Positions 63,293 through 64,000 of a DNA stretch of 64,000 bases are shown here, piece after piece. The DNA is taken from NCBI GenBank assembly GCA_964291675.2, contig OZ219866.1, forward strand, positions 2,016,001 to 2,080,000, given 5' to 3'. The position numbers and the translations under genes are program-made. The notes under the pieces were generated by a model, which saw only the letters and a list, made by a program, of their open reading frames with translations, searched no databases and was not told where the DNA came from. Source of the DNA: Alphaproteobacteria bacterium (GTDB lineage Bacteria; Pseudomonadota; Alphaproteobacteria; MPNO01). Position 1 is the stretch's first letter, and every line of letters starts with the position of its first letter.

Positions 63293-63793
63293 ATGGCCGA
63301 CGGCCCGTCACTCGACGATCTGCTGCTGCACCGCGAGATCGAGGACTTCCTGTTTCGCGAGTGCGCGACGATCGACGACGGGCGCTACGACGACTGGGTC
63401 GATTTGTTCTGCGAGGACGGAATCTACTGGGTGCCCTCGCAGCCGGATCAGTCCAGCGCCTCGGAAACCGCGTCGCTGATCCACGAGGGCGTCACCCTGC
63501 TGCGGGCGCGGGCGCGGCGGCTGCGGCACGACAAGGCATTCGCGAACATCCCGCCGGTTCGCACCCGCCATGTCGTCGGCAACGTTGCCATCCGCGAGCG
63601 GAACGGCGATGACGCCTGCCGCGTCACCGCGAACTTCGTGATGGTCGACTATCGCGCCGACGACCAGCGCGTCTTCGCCGGCGCCTACGACTACAGCCTG
63701 CGTCGCGTGGGCGGTGCGTGGCGCATTGCCGGCAAGCGCGTCGACCTGCTCAACTGCGACGCGCCGCACGGCGCCCTGCTGGCACCCTTCTGA
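63293..63793 (+). CDS. Aromatic ring-hydroxylating dioxygenase beta subunit
   Basis: FLFRE...D..Y..W..LF..DGIYWVP, RTRH..GN and KRVDLLNCD motifs. Confidence 0.9.
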   Translation: MADGPSLDDLLLHREIEDFLFRECATIDDGRYDDWVDLFCEDGIYWVPSQPDQSSASETASLIHEGVTLLRARARRLRHDKAFANIPPVRTRHVVGNVAIRERNGDDACRVTANFVMVDYRADDQRVFAGAYDYSLRRVGGAWRIAGKRVDLLNCDAPHGALLAPF

Positions 63794-63939
63794 AGACGCA
63801 ACGAAGCCGGGCGCCCGCGCCGACCCGTCCGCTACCCGGCCCGCCCGCGCCCGCGGCCAGCTTGCCGTGCTCGGCACCGTTTGTGATACTCCGCCTTCGT
63901 TGTCGGTTCGCCTCGATCGATGAGCGCGGAGAGAGCGTC

Positions 63940-64000
63940 TTGGCACGCATAACGCGGGAACAGAACGAGCTTCTGGTGCGCACCGGCGCCGGCACGCCGA
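63940..64000 (+). CDS. Probable start of a phthalate 4,5-dioxygenase-like Rieske oxygenase (truncated by the window end)
   Basis: TTG after GGAGAG gives (M)ARITREQNELLVRTGAGTP, resembling the E/QN-x-LL-x-R-T-G-x-G-T-P N-terminus of that family. Only 20 codons are visible. Confidence 0.5.
   Translation, partial: MARITREQNELLVRTGAGTP

Overview
Very GC-rich, gene-dense bacterial DNA. It is probably alphaproteobacterial, inferred from gene content and a REP-like palindrome family. Almost all of it encodes catabolism of aromatic and N-heteroaromatic compounds plus uptake. It has two paralogous carbazole (car)-like upper-pathway modules (8.2-12.6 kb and 23.4-27.9 kb), each with a CarAa/OxoO-type Rieske oxygenase, a two-subunit LigAB-type extradiol dioxygenase, a meta-cleavage hydrolase and an M20-family gene; two of the three M20 proteins lack the canonical metal ligands. 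Other blocks: an ASST/flavin monooxygenase/ADH/amidase/Rid/OCD run; a CxxC-domain-fused amidohydrolase with an ABC importer and an LLM monooxygenase; a minus-strand block with two amidohydrolases, a FAD-less molybdenum hydroxylase and a split ThDP decarboxylase inside an ABC importer; three TRAP transporters; ilvE and gltBD; an orphan MsmA-like Rieske alpha subunit; mhpB; and further Rieske genes. No ferredoxin, reductase or pathway regulator was recognised in the 64 kb. Accessory elements are a frameshifted PIN/HTH toxin-antitoxin pair, a perfect 14-bp inverted repeat, a 22-bp tandem duplication and a BIME-like REP mosaic. No rRNA, tRNA, CRISPR array, transposase or integrase was seen. All family calls come from reading motifs by eye, with no database search.
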